Shown: positions 9,578 through 18,477, numbered from the stretch's first letter. The stretch: 41,769 nucleotides of DNA from Gammaproteobacteria bacterium (GCA_030950195.1 JAUZRS010000175.1:1-41769), one strand, 5' to 3'. The notes: generated from the letters alone by a model not told the origin. Program-made: numbers and translations.

Positions 9578-9702
9578 AACGTAATGCTTTACTTGATGTC
9601 ATATTAAAGCTTAAGGGAATATAAGTACTTCAGGTGTTGATTTGGCTTGATTTTAGCCTGTGATTAAACCGTTGTTATTCTTGTTCTTTTTGTAAAATCA
9701 TG

Positions 9703-9717
9703 GAGCGTTAAACGCTC
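9703..9717. promoter_or_regulatory. Perfect 7-1-7 palindrome just upstream of the SD of the 9730 gene
   Basis: GAGCGTT-A-AACGCTC at 9703-9717, 13 nt before the ATG at 9730. The purine-rich CAAGGGG follows immediately. Confidence 0.3.
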
Positions 9718-9729
9718 AAGGGGTATTCG

Positions 9730-10383
9730 ATGAAAAAATCTCTCTTCTCAATGATAGGCCTGTTTTTTAGTGCTTTGTTTTTGGTTTCACCTCTTCAGGC
9801 CGCTTCAGCTATGAATCCGTGTAACCCGTGCGGCATGAAGATGCACAATCCGTGCGGCATGAAGATGCACAATCCGTGCGGGATGAAGATGCACAACCCT
9901 TGTGGTGCCAAAAGTGCGGGTGTTGATCGAAGAAAAGTCACTCGTCCAGCCGGATTGCCTTTGAAGCAAGGTAATCATACTAAAATGGTTAGAGAGGGTA
10001 AAAAACTGTTCAGTGATACTTCATTGAGCAGCAACGGCTTGTCTTGTAATGCCTGTCACACGCAACACGCCCTGTTTAAAGACACCTTTTCTGAAGCGTA
10101 TCCGCACTACGTGAAAATGGCCAATGAGCAAGCAGGGGTGAAAAAAGTAGAGCTGGATGAAATGGTGCAGTTTTGTATGGTGGTGCCGATGGCCAGCAAT
10201 CCCTTGCCGTGGGACTCAACTAAATTGGCTGCCTTGACTGCTTACACCGCTGAACTGCAAAAAACCTTTAAACCAGGTCACGCTGGTGCGATGAAAAGCA
10301 TGGGCAATCCCTGCAACCCTTGTGCTATGAAAATGAAGATGCACAACCCTTGTAACCCCTGTGGAATGAAAAAACGCTGGTAA
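9730..10383 (+). CDS. Secreted monohaem c-type cytochrome flanked by NPC(N)PCGMK(M)H Cys/Met/His repeats
   Basis: The signal peptide ends ..PLQAASA|M. The N-terminal tail is MNPCNPCGMKMH-NPCGMKMH-NPCGMKMH-NPCGAK. The haem motif is CNACH (nt 10045-10059), preceded by GKKLFSDTSLSSNGLSC. The C-terminal tail is GNPCNPCAMKMKMHNPCNPCGMKKRW. Confidence 0.78.
   Translation: MKKSLFSMIGLFFSALFLVSPLQAASAMNPCNPCGMKMHNPCGMKMHNPCGMKMHNPCGAKSAGVDRRKVTRPAGLPLKQGNHTKMVREGKKLFSDTSLSSNGLSCNACHTQHALFKDTFSEAYPHYVKMANEQAGVKKVELDEMVQFCMVVPMASNPLPWDSTKLAALTAYTAELQKTFKPGHAGAMKSMGNPCNPCAMKMKMHNPCNPCGMKKRW
9826..9897 (+). repeat. Three tandem 24-bp in-frame repeats (CCGTGCGGCATGAAGATGCACAAT)
   Basis: Copies at 9826-9849 and 9850-9873 are identical. 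The copy at 9874-9897 differs by two synonymous changes. Each copy encodes PCGMKMHN. Confidence 0.92.
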
Positions 10384-10522
10384 GTAGGTCATTTATCCAA
10401 GTAAAACGGCTTGTTTTGCTTGGGTTGGCTTGATTTTTTAGGTTAGGAATGGTGTACTTGCACTGCTGTTATTTCAGTTTAACTTAACAAATTAAAGAGC
10501 CAAAAGGCTCGGAGGAACGCCC

Positions 10523-10903
10523 ATGAAAATCTCTCTCGCTACCTTAGTAGGTCTGTTTTTGAGCAGTTGGTTGTTGATGGTGGCACCGGCCAGTGCAGAA
10601 CATCACATGAACCCATGCAATCCTTGTGGCATGAAAAAAATGGATCACCAGAACCCTTGTAACCCTTGTGCTGTAAAAGCGGAGCATTATAAAAAATGTG
10701 AGAGTAAAAAAGTCCACAACCCATGTAACCCTTGTGCTGCAAAACACAAACATGATAAAAACTGTGATGTGAAAAAACACCATAACCCATGTAACCCTTG
10801 TGCCATGAAAAAGATGGATCATGACAAAATGAAACATCACCACAACCCTTGTGCTATGAAAAAAATGCACAATCCATGTAATCCTTGCGGAATGAAATAC
10901 TGA
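10523..10903 (+). CDS. Secreted NPCNPC-repeat Cys/His/Met-rich protein (putative periplasmic metal-binding protein)
   Basis: GGAGG lies 7 nt upstream. The signal peptide is MKISLATLVGLFLSSWLLMVAPASA|EHH. The 101-aa mature protein has 5 NPCNPC units and 1 NPC unit, with 13 Cys, 14 His, 9 Met and many Lys. Confidence 0.72.
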   Translation: MKISLATLVGLFLSSWLLMVAPASAEHHMNPCNPCGMKKMDHQNPCNPCAVKAEHYKKCESKKVHNPCNPCAAKHKHDKNCDVKKHHNPCNPCAMKKMDHDKMKHHHNPCAMKKMHNPCNPCGMKY

Positions 10904-10949
10904 TCAACATATTGGTTGATGCAGCAGGGAGGCTGCTCTTTGAGATGCA

Positions 10950-12146
10950 ATGTTTATGTTTAAAAAAAATATTTTCTTGTTTTTATATTTTGTTTTTTCA
11001 CCTACTCTTTTTTCTGCCCCTTCTGTTGAAACTCAAACTTTTTTAGATCGTCATTGGCAAAGACCGCTTGCCAGCCAAGGGTTTGTTATAGAAAAAAACC
11101 CTGTTTTAACTCACTCTTTGCTGCCAGAAAAATGTGGCCGTTGCCATGTGCAGCAATTTAAAGATTGGTCTGGCAGTCTGCATAGCAAGGCGATGAGCCC
11201 AGGTTTAATCGGGCAGTTAATGGAGATGGCAGCCACTGACCGAGAGAGCCAGCAAGCCTGTCTGCGTTGCCATGCGCCCCTTAAAGAGCAAGCAGAGAGT
11301 CTCGTTGCCAGTTTGAGGACAGGAAAAAATAAAGGGCTGCATACGCAAGGGCTGATCTGTGCAGGTTGTCATTTGCGCGAGGGCAGGTGGTTTGGCCCGC
11401 CGCGTAAAGATGGCTCTATACCCACTCCTGATGAGAAAAAACAGCTGCCTCATAGCGGCTGGAATTCACAAGCGGCTTTTGAAGATTCGGCCTTTTGTGC
11501 AGCTTGTCACCAATTTGATCAAGAGACGGGTTTTGCCATTAATGGCAAGTTATTGGAAAACACCTACCAAGAGTGGTTGGCCAGCCCTTTTGCGGAGCAG
11601 CAGAAAAGTTGCCAGAGCTGCCATATGCCCAATCGTCGTCACCTTTGGAAAGGCATTCATGATGCTGAAATGACTCGCAATGGCATCACTATTGAGATTC
11701 GTCAGCCTAATTTACGGGGTGACAACATTTCAGCGCAGTTTTATTTGAAAAACAGCGGCACAGGGCATAACTTTCCGACTTATATAACGCCCAAGATTTA
11801 TCTGCAAGGGGTGCAGTTGGATGCCAAAGGCAGTGAGATTGCAGCGACTTTTTTACAATACCCCATCGGCTGGAAATTGGAACTGGATCTCTCCGGCGAG
11901 CAGTACGACACTCGTTTGGCTCCCGATGAAGAGCTGAAGATTGATTATGCACAGGCGCGTGACCCTAACGCGGTCAGTTTGTTGCTGAAGGTGGTGGTGG
12001 AGCCGGATGCCTTTTACAGCCGTTTTTATCGCAGCCTGTTGGAAAATGGTTACGCTAAAAAAGGCAAACAGCAGATTGAGCAGGCTTTGAGGGAGAGTGA
12101 AGCTTCGGTGTACATTTTATTTGAACGGCGTTTAGCTTTGCCTTAA
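10950..12146 (+). CDS. Secreted pentahaem c-type cytochrome with a non-haem C-terminal domain
   Basis: Hydrophobic N-terminus MFMFKKNIFLFLYFVFSPTLFSA. There are five CXXCH motifs (CGRCH, CLRCH, CAGCH, CAACH, CQSCH) between nt 11133 and 11624. The last roughly 170 aa lack haem motifs. Confidence 0.8.
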   Translation: MFMFKKNIFLFLYFVFSPTLFSAPSVETQTFLDRHWQRPLASQGFVIEKNPVLTHSLLPEKCGRCHVQQFKDWSGSLHSKAMSPGLIGQLMEMAATDRESQQACLRCHAPLKEQAESLVASLRTGKNKGLHTQGLICAGCHLREGRWFGPPRKDGSIPTPDEKKQLPHSGWNSQAAFEDSAFCAACHQFDQETGFAINGKLLENTYQEWLASPFAEQQKSCQSCHMPNRRHLWKGIHDAEMTRNGITIEIRQPNLRGDNISAQFYLKNSGTGHNFPTYITPKIYLQGVQLDAKGSEIAATFLQYPIGWKLELDLSGEQYDTRLAPDEELKIDYAQARDPNAVSLLLKVVVEPDAFYSRFYRSLLENGYAKKGKQQIEQALRESEASVYILFERRLALP

Positions 12147-12896
12147 GGGCGCTCCTGCGCGCGCAAACGCCCACAACTGTACCTCCTCCACCCCCGCTTG
12201 TTTCACTGTCTTGGCCAGTTCGTTGGCCGTTGAGCCACTGGTCATAACGTCGTCTATCAGGGCGATTCGTTTGGCTGGGATGGTTTTTCTCACTTGAAAC
12301 GCCCCCTTGATGTTTTTTTGCCGCAGTTTGGCCGTCAGCTCGGTTTGTGAGCGGGTGTTTATCCGTCGTGTTAGTAGGTCGTAACGACAGGTCAGGTTTA
12401 ACAATTTGGCCAGATGCAAAGCGATCTCTTGTGATTGGTTAAAGCCCCGTTGTTGCAGGCGGGCACTGTGCAGCGGTACGGGCAAAATCAGTTGGGGTAG
12501 GTCCGTTTCTTGTTTGAGGCTAAATAACATCAGCTCGGCAATGAGAGGGGCATAAACCAATTTTTGCTGAAATTTGAGCTGCTTGACCATGAAGTCGATG
12601 GGGCTGTGGTAGCGAAACGGGACGATACACCGGTCGATGGTCAGAGGCTTTTTTAAGCAGTGCGCGCAGATCAAGGCGCTGTGTTGCGCGGCACCTTCCA
12701 GTGGTTGTGCGCAGTGCCAACAGGCGTTGTGGTTGCTGGGCAGTTCGTTTTGACAGCCTTGGCAAAGGCTTATGTTTTGGCTTGAAGCATGGCACAACAG
12801 ACAGTGCTGAGGGTAGATTTTATCGAGCAGACGTTGCCACAATGAGGCCTTGTATGCCTTTTTTTCAGTTGACAGTAGGTGAGTGGGCTTTATCAT
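12132..12896 (-). CDS. comF: ComF-family protein (phosphoribosyltransferase domain, competence-associated)
   Basis: The N-terminus has Cys-rich zinc-finger-like pairs (CLLC...CQGC, CWHC...CAHC). The C-terminus has the PRTase motif IALIDDVMTSGSTANE. It is divergent from bioB, as in many gammaproteobacteria. Confidence 0.8.
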   Translation of the reverse strand: MIKPTHLLSTEKKAYKASLWQRLLDKIYPQHCLLCHASSQNISLCQGCQNELPSNHNACWHCAQPLEGAAQHSALICAHCLKKPLTIDRCIVPFRYHSPIDFMVKQLKFQQKLVYAPLIAELMLFSLKQETDLPQLILPVPLHSARLQQRGFNQSQEIALHLAKLLNLTCRYDLLTRRINTRSQTELTAKLRQKNIKGAFQVRKTIPAKRIALIDDVMTSGSTANELAKTVKQAGVEEVQLWAFARAGAPLRQS

Positions 12897-12944
12897 CTAA
12901 GTATTGTGGCTTGGAAGGCCAAATTGATTGAGGGTGGATGACTG

Positions 12945-13331
12945 ATGAGCAAAAATGTAATCACTGGAGCCTCTTGTAAGTCTGCGGCGAAATGGTTTAA
13001 CTACGGCAATATTCTCGCAATGTTGATTCCATTGCCTTTTTTTGTGTTGTGGTTTGGTGGTTCAATTGTGTTGTATGCCATTAATCGTCACCATCCGAAT
13101 GAAAAAGTAGGAGAGTACACCCAAAAAGCGGCACACAGTTTTTATGCCACTGCCGCGTTGTTGGTGGTGGTAGGTACCTTTTTTCCTGCTGATGTTTTTT
13201 ATTATTTGGTGTTTTGGGCGGTATCAGCGGCCTACGTTTTACCTATGGCGATTATGGATATTCGCAAAATCAACCGTGATGTCTGGGATGATGTCAACCT
13301 CAATTCTGTGCGAGAACAAACCCAATCATGA
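12945..13331 (+). CDS. Small integral membrane protein, function unknown
   Basis: 128 aa with about 3 predicted TM segments ([24 protein letters not shown]; [13 protein letters not shown]; [18 protein letters not shown]). GAGGGTGGA lies upstream. The stop overlaps the bioB start (ATGA at 13328-13331). Confidence 0.5.
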   Translation: MSKNVITGASCKSAAKWFNYGNILAMLIPLPFFVLWFGGSIVLYAINRHHPNEKVGEYTQKAAHSFYATAALLVVVGTFFPADVFYYLVFWAVSAAYVLPMAIMDIRKINRDVWDDVNLNSVREQTQS

Positions 13332-14341
13332 ACGACTCTTTGCGTAACGACTGGGCTTTGGCCGAAGTCCAAGCCTTGTTTAATCAACCCTTTAACGATC
13401 TTCTGTTTCAAGCGCATACGATTCATCGCCGCCATTTTGATCACAACAAAGTGCAAGTGAGCACTTTGTTGTCGATCAAAACCGGAGCTTGTCCAGAAGA
13501 TTGTGCCTACTGTCCACAGAGCACCCATTACGATACGGGCTTGGGGCGAGAAAAATTGCTGCCACTGGATGAAGTACTAGAAGCAGCTCGTTTGGCCAAG
13601 GCCAACGGCTCTAGCCGGTTCTGCATGGGCGCAGCGTGGCGCAACCCCACGGATAAAAACTTGGACGTGGTGGCGGAGATGATCACCGCAGTCAAAGCCG
13701 AGGGTATGGAGACCTGTGTCACCTTGGGCATGTTGACCGACCGTCAGGCGGGGCGCTTGAAAAAGGCGGGGTTGGATTATTACAACCACAACTTGGACAC
13801 CTCGCCGGAATTTTACGGCCAGATCATCACCACCCGCACCTATCAAGATCGCCTCGATACCTTGCAGCATGTGCGGGATCAGGAGATTAGCGTCTGTTCG
13901 GGTGGCATTGTTGGCATGGGTGAGAGCGCGGCAGATCGCGCCGGTTTGCTGATGCAGTTGGCTAATATGCCCAGCCATCCCGAGTCTGTGCCGATTAATT
14001 TGTTGGTGAGGGTGGAAGGTACGCCGTTGCAAGAGACCGCAGCCCTTGATCCCTTGGAGTTCATTCGCACCATTGCGGTGGCGCGTATTTTAATGCCCAA
14101 ATCTTATGTGCGCCTCTCGGCGGGGCGCAGTGACATGAGCGATGAGATGCAGGCGAGCTGCTATTTTGCCGGTGCCAATTCGATCTTTTACGGCGAAAAA
14201 CTGCTTACCACCGAGAACCCCGAAGCGGTGCGTGATCAGCAGTTGTTTCAACGTCTGGGTATTAATGGCGATGAAACTGAACTGACCCCCACAAGCTGCA
14301 CCTCACAGCCGGAAAAAGTGGAGTCCGCTGCTTCCGCATGA
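13328..14341 (+). CDS. bioB: Biotin synthase
   Basis: Contains the radical-SAM motif [11 protein letters not shown]. Other BioB blocks are present: [24 protein letters not shown] and [10 protein letters not shown]. Confidence 0.95.
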   Translation: MNDSLRNDWALAEVQALFNQPFNDLLFQAHTIHRRHFDHNKVQVSTLLSIKTGACPEDCAYCPQSTHYDTGLGREKLLPLDEVLEAARLAKANGSSRFCMGAAWRNPTDKNLDVVAEMITAVKAEGMETCVTLGMLTDRQAGRLKKAGLDYYNHNLDTSPEFYGQIITTRTYQDRLDTLQHVRDQEISVCSGGIVGMGESAADRAGLLMQLANMPSHPESVPINLLVRVEGTPLQETAALDPLEFIRTIAVARILMPKSYVRLSAGRSDMSDEMQASCYFAGANSIFYGEKLLTTENPEAVRDQQLFQRLGINGDETELTPTSCTSQPEKVESAASA

Positions 14342-15501
14342 AGCAGGCTCTAGCCCCCGCGTTGGCGGCGCGTCAAGAGCAGCAGCTCTACCGTCGTCGT
14401 AAACTGATTGACTCCCCGCAAAGCCCTCACGTGGTGGTGGACAGCCGTTCACTGCTCAACTTTTGTAGCAACGATTACCTTGGTTTGGCCAATCACCCAG
14501 AGATAAAAAAAGCCTTTAGCGATGGGGTGCGGCGTTGGGGCGTGGGCAGTGGTTCGGCACATCTGGTCAGTGGCCACTCCACGGCACACGAAGCCTTGGA
14601 GCAGGAGTTGGCCGCGTTCACTGGTCGTGCGCGGGCGTTGCTGTTTTCCAGTGGTTACATGGCTAATTTGGGGCTGATCTCGGCCTTGCTGGGGCGCGGC
14701 GATGCGGCCTTTGAGGACCGTCTTAATCACGCTTCTTTGTTGGATGGTGGTCTGCTCAGTGGGGCGCGTCTGATGCGTTATCCACACAACGATGTGGCGG
14801 CGCTGGAGAAAAAGCTGCTGGCGCGCCCACAAGGTCGGCGTTTGGTACTGACCGATGGCGTGTTTAGCATGGATGGCGATCAGGCTTCCTTGAAGCTCTT
14901 GGCCGAGGTCTGTCAGCAACAGGAGGCGTGGTTGATGGTGGATGACGCGCACGGTTTTGGGGTGTTGGGTGAGACGGGTGGGGGGTCTCTGCAACAGGCT
15001 GGATTGGATGAGCAGCAGGTGCCGGTTTTGATGGCGACTTTGGGCAAAGCGGTGGGCTGTTTTGGAGCCTTTGTTGCCGGTTCGGAAGAGTTGATTGAAA
15101 CCCTGATTCAGCAGGCGCGCAGCTACATCTACACCACCGCCACCCCGCCTGCGCTGGCGGAGGCGACCCGAGTCAGTTTGCGTTTGTTACAGCAAGAGGG
15201 CTGGCGACGGGAGAAACTGGCGGAGTTGATTGCCCATTTTCGCACTGGAGCACAGCGATTGGATTTGCCATTGATGAACTCAACTACGCCGATTCAGCCG
15301 TTGTTGATCGGCTCCAGTGAGAGGGCGATGCAGATCAGCAGTGAGCTGGAAAAATTGGGTTTTTTGGTCACTGCGATTCGCCCCCCCACGGTGCCGGAGG
15401 GCAGCGCACGCTTGCGGGTGACGTTGTCGGCAGAACATACTTTTAAGCAGGTGGATCTGCTGTTGGCGGGCTTGGCAAAGCTGAAATTGTTATTGCCGTG
15501 A
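14338..15501 (+). CDS. bioF: 8-amino-7-oxononanoate synthase
   Basis: Contains NDYLGL, a [12 protein letters not shown]-type motif, [10 protein letters not shown] and the PLP-lysine context TLGKA. It overlaps the bioB stop by 4 nt. Confidence 0.9.
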   Translation: MKQALAPALAARQEQQLYRRRKLIDSPQSPHVVVDSRSLLNFCSNDYLGLANHPEIKKAFSDGVRRWGVGSGSAHLVSGHSTAHEALEQELAAFTGRARALLFSSGYMANLGLISALLGRGDAAFEDRLNHASLLDGGLLSGARLMRYPHNDVAALEKKLLARPQGRRLVLTDGVFSMDGDQASLKLLAEVCQQQEAWLMVDDAHGFGVLGETGGGSLQQAGLDEQQVPVLMATLGKAVGCFGAFVAGSEELIETLIQQARSYIYTTATPPALAEATRVSLRLLQQEGWRREKLAELIAHFRTGAQRLDLPLMNSTTPIQPLLIGSSERAMQISSELEKLGFLVTAIRPPTVPEGSARLRVTLSAEHTFKQVDLLLAGLAKLKLLLP

Positions 15502-15508
15502 TGAGCGG

Positions 15509-15880
15509 TTAATTCAAATCAGCTGCGTATTTTTTTAGCAGAGCGATGGGAATGATCTCCAGTGCTTTGATGTGCGTTCGGGTTAAGTGAACCCGAGGTG
15601 CCATATTGCTCTTTTCGGCTTCCAGCCATCTCGCCGCACATAAACACCAGCTGTCGCCCGGTCTTAAACCGCTAAAATTATACTCGGGCATCGGGGTGGA
15701 TAAGTCATTGCCCTTGGATTTTGAGTAGTCTAAAAACGCTCGGGAGGCTTGGATGCAGACGGTGTGGGAGCCAACGTCCTCTTTGCAAGTGTTGCAATGG
15801 TCGTCGCGGTAATATCCGGTGCTTGGGTTATCACCACAGAGCTCCAGTTTTTCGCCAAAGACGTTGATCGACTTATCCAT
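15509..15880 (-). CDS. DUF2237-family protein
   Basis: Start trimmed to MDKSINVFGEKLELCG (GGAG upstream). GYYRDDHCNT...GSHTVC...WCLCAARW is the conserved Cys pattern I associate with DUF2237. Confidence 0.65.
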   Translation of the reverse strand: MDKSINVFGEKLELCGDNPSTGYYRDDHCNTCKEDVGSHTVCIQASRAFLDYSKSKGNDLSTPMPEYNFSGLRPGDSWCLCAARWLEAEKSNMAPRVHLTRTHIKALEIIPIALLKKYAADLN

Positions 15881-16128
15881 GCTGCAACTCCATTCTGTTT
15901 TTGATTGATAATTGGGCTGCACCATACCACTGTTCAACGAATTAATAAAAAACGTCCGTGTTTTTATCAAAAAAAGTTGATTTAGTGTTTAATATCAATT
16001 AAATAGAGTAATAAAAAACCACTAACACTTCTTCTGGGATAGACCATAAGGCTGATTCTGCTGCGGCAGGCAAGCACGTTGGCGTAACTGTCGCTATAAT
16101 AGCCGACCCTTTTGATCGGTTATTTATC

Positions 16129-18378
16129 ATGCACGCGGCTAAAAACATCTTCTCCCATCGTCCTTATTGGGCAAAACGTTTTGGAACAGCACCCTTTTTA
16201 CCCATGTCGAGGGCGGAGATGGATCAGTTGGGTTGGGACAGTTGCGACATCATCATCGTTACGGGCGATGCGTATGTGGATCATCCCAGTTTTGGCATGG
16301 CGTTGATCGGTCGCCTGTTGGAAGCGCAAGGCTTTCGGGTCGGTATTTTGGCGCAGCCGGATTGGCGTTCAGTAGATGATTTTCAGGCGTTGGGTCGGCC
16401 AAACCTCTTTTTTGGCATCACCGCCGGTAATATGGATTCGATGGTTAATCGCTACACCGCCGACCGTCGCATCCGCTCCAATGACGCTTACACCGCCGAT
16501 GGCGAGGGTGGCAAACGCCCTGATCGCTCGGTGGTGGTGTACTCGCAGCGGGCGCGGGAGGCCTATAAAAAGGTGCCGGTGGTGATCGGTGGTATCGAGG
16601 CCAGCTTGCGCCGCATCGCCCATTTTGATTACTGGTCTGAGAAGGTTCGGCGTTCTATTTTGCCCGATTCCAAAGCGGATATGCTCATCTACGGCAACGC
16701 CGAACGGGCGGTGGTGGATTTGGCGCATCGGTTGGCAGCGGGGGAAAAAATCAGCGAGATCACCGACCTGCGCGGTACGGCGTTTATGCGGGCGGCGGTG
16801 CCGGAAGAGTGGAGTGAAATTGACTCTTCTTTGCTGGATGATGACCCCACTCAACCGGCGATCATTCCCAACCCGTACGCCAAAGAGCCGCCTTGCGATC
16901 AGCGCCCAACGCAAGCAGCTCCGGTAGAGGGTTTGGCCGCCAACAGCACGGTGGTCACTTTTCATCAGCGCCCGCGTAAAATGGATCGATCGCGCAGTGT
17001 GGTGCGTTTGCCCTCGTACGATCAAGTGGTCAACGACAAACTGCTCTACGCTCATGCGTCGCGTATTTTTCATCTGGAAACCAATCCTGGCAACGCCCGC
17101 GCGATGGTGCAACAGCACGGCAAGCGAGAAGTGTGGCTCAATCCGCCGCCGATTCCGCTGACGATGGAGGAGTTCGATGCGGTTTTTGAGCTGCCTTACG
17201 CGCGAGTGCCGCATCCGGTTTACGGCAAGGCGAAAAACCCTGCGTGGGAGATGATTCGTTTTTCGGTCAATATCATGCGCGGCTGTTTTGGCGGCTGTAC
17301 GTTCTGTTCGATCACCGAACACGAAGGGCGCATTATTCAAAGCCGTTCGGAAGCGTCGGTGGTGCGTGAAGTGGAAGCGATTCGGGATAACACCCCAGGA
17401 TTTACCGGCAACATCTCCGATCTCGGTGGGCCGACGGCGAACATGTACCGTTTGCAGTGCAAAAGCGAAAAGATCGAAGCCTCTTGCCGCCGCCTCTCCT
17501 GTGTTTATCCAGGCATCTGCGACAACCTGAATACCGATCACACGCCGCTGATTAAACTCTATCGCAAAGTGCGTAATCTGAGTGGCATCAAGCGGGTCTT
17601 TATTGCTTCGGGCTTGCGTTACGATCTGGCGGTCAAAGATCCTGAATACGTTAAAGAGTTGGTGACCCATCATGTGGGCGGTTATCTGAAAATTGCCCCA
17701 GAGCACACCGAGCAAGGGCCGTTGTCGAAGATGATGAAGCCCGGTATCGGCACTTATGATCGTTTTAAGGAGTTGTTTGAACGCTACAGTAAAGAGGCGG
17801 GTAAAAAGCAGTATTTGATCCCTTATTTTATTGCCGCGCACCCAGGGACTTCTGATGAAGACATGCTCAATTTGGCGCTGTGGTTAAAAGAGAATGAATT
17901 CCGTCCCGATCAGGTGCAGTCCTTTTTGGCCACTCCAATGGCCTTGGCCAGCACGATGTTTCACACCGGCATCAATCCTCTGAAAAAGGTCACTCGTCAG
18001 GGGGCGGAAAAACTCAGTGTGGCCAAAGGGCTGCGTCAGCGCCGTCTGCACAAAGCCTTGCTGCGCTACCACGATGCGGAAAACTGGCCGTTGTTGCGTG
18101 AGGAGTTAAAAGCGATGGGGCGCGCCGATCTGATTGGCAATGGCAAAAAACATTTGATTCCCAGTTGGCAACCGGCAGGCACAGGGACATCACAAGAGGG
18201 TGCGAGAAAACGCCCGATGGTGAAAAAAGCCCCACAAGGTCAGCGATCCAGTGGTCGTACGGCTAAAAGTGGCGCGCGTTCTGGCAATCGCGGTGGCGGT
18301 GTCAGTCGTTTAGAAGCAGGTCGTAGTTTTCCTCGTCCGGCTCGGGGTAAAGGGGGCGCGCCGAAGCGGCGACGTTGA
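16129..18378 (+). CDS. ygiQ: YgiQ-family radical SAM protein (UPF0313)
   Basis: Collinear with E. coli YgiQ: [59 protein letters not shown] and the radical-SAM cluster CFGGCTFCS. It has a basic Arg/Gly-rich C-terminal tail. Confidence 0.9.
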   Translation: MHAAKNIFSHRPYWAKRFGTAPFLPMSRAEMDQLGWDSCDIIIVTGDAYVDHPSFGMALIGRLLEAQGFRVGILAQPDWRSVDDFQALGRPNLFFGITAGNMDSMVNRYTADRRIRSNDAYTADGEGGKRPDRSVVVYSQRAREAYKKVPVVIGGIEASLRRIAHFDYWSEKVRRSILPDSKADMLIYGNAERAVVDLAHRLAAGEKISEITDLRGTAFMRAAVPEEWSEIDSSLLDDDPTQPAIIPNPYAKEPPCDQRPTQAAPVEGLAANSTVVTFHQRPRKMDRSRSVVRLPSYDQVVNDKLLYAHASRIFHLETNPGNARAMVQQHGKREVWLNPPPIPLTMEEFDAVFELPYARVPHPVYGKAKNPAWEMIRFSVNIMRGCFGGCTFCSITEHEGRIIQSRSEASVVREVEAIRDNTPGFTGNISDLGGPTANMYRLQCKSEKIEASCRRLSCVYPGICDNLNTDHTPLIKLYRKVRNLSGIKRVFIASGLRYDLAVKDPEYVKELVTHHVGGYLKIAPEHTEQGPLSKMMKPGIGTYDRFKELFERYSKEAGKKQYLIPYFIAAHPGTSDEDMLNLALWLKENEFRPDQVQSFLATPMALASTMFHTGINPLKKVTRQGAEKLSVAKGLRQRRLHKALLRYHDAENWPLLREELKAMGRADLIGNGKKHLIPSWQPAGTGTSQEGARKRPMVKKAPQGQRSSGRTAKSGARSGNRGGGVSRLEAGRSFPRPARGKGGAPKRRR

Positions 18379-18392
18379 GGATTGTGGTTGCT

Positions 18393-18418
18393 GTAGGGGA
18401 GGATTCCATATCCGCCCT
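18393..18418 (+). repeat. REP-like palindromic unit (GTAG-headed)
   Basis: GTAGGGGAGGATTCCATATCCGCCCT. It differs at 2 positions from the unit at 28443-28468. Confidence 0.6.
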
Positions 18419-18477
18419 ATTTATGGTCGGATAAAACGGAACGGATCAACCTCGGACAGAACATGGGTTAAATAAAG

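Noticed and set aside
9826-9897. Possible CRISPR-like or minisatellite array
   Set aside because: The repeats are directly tandem with no spacers. They are in frame within a CDS and encode a peptide repeat, so this is not a CRISPR array.
9812-10380. NPCNPC Cys pairs as additional haem-binding (CXXCH) or haem-regulatory (CP) motifs
   Set aside because: CNPC is followed by G or A, not His, and the dipeptide is P-C rather than C-P. Only CNACH in gene 1 qualifies as a haem c site.
12897-12944. BirA (bioO-like) operator upstream of the bio genes
   Set aside because: Only a weak TTGG..CCAA symmetry is present (TTGTGGCTTGGAAGGCCAAATTG). There is no convincing TGTAAACC-N-GGTTTACA-type inverted repeat.
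16369-17841. 490-aa ORF on the minus strand
   Set aside because: It lies entirely antisense to ygiQ, whose product matches a conserved family end to end. The translation is Arg/His/Pro-rich low-information sequence typical of the antisense frame of a GC-balanced gene.
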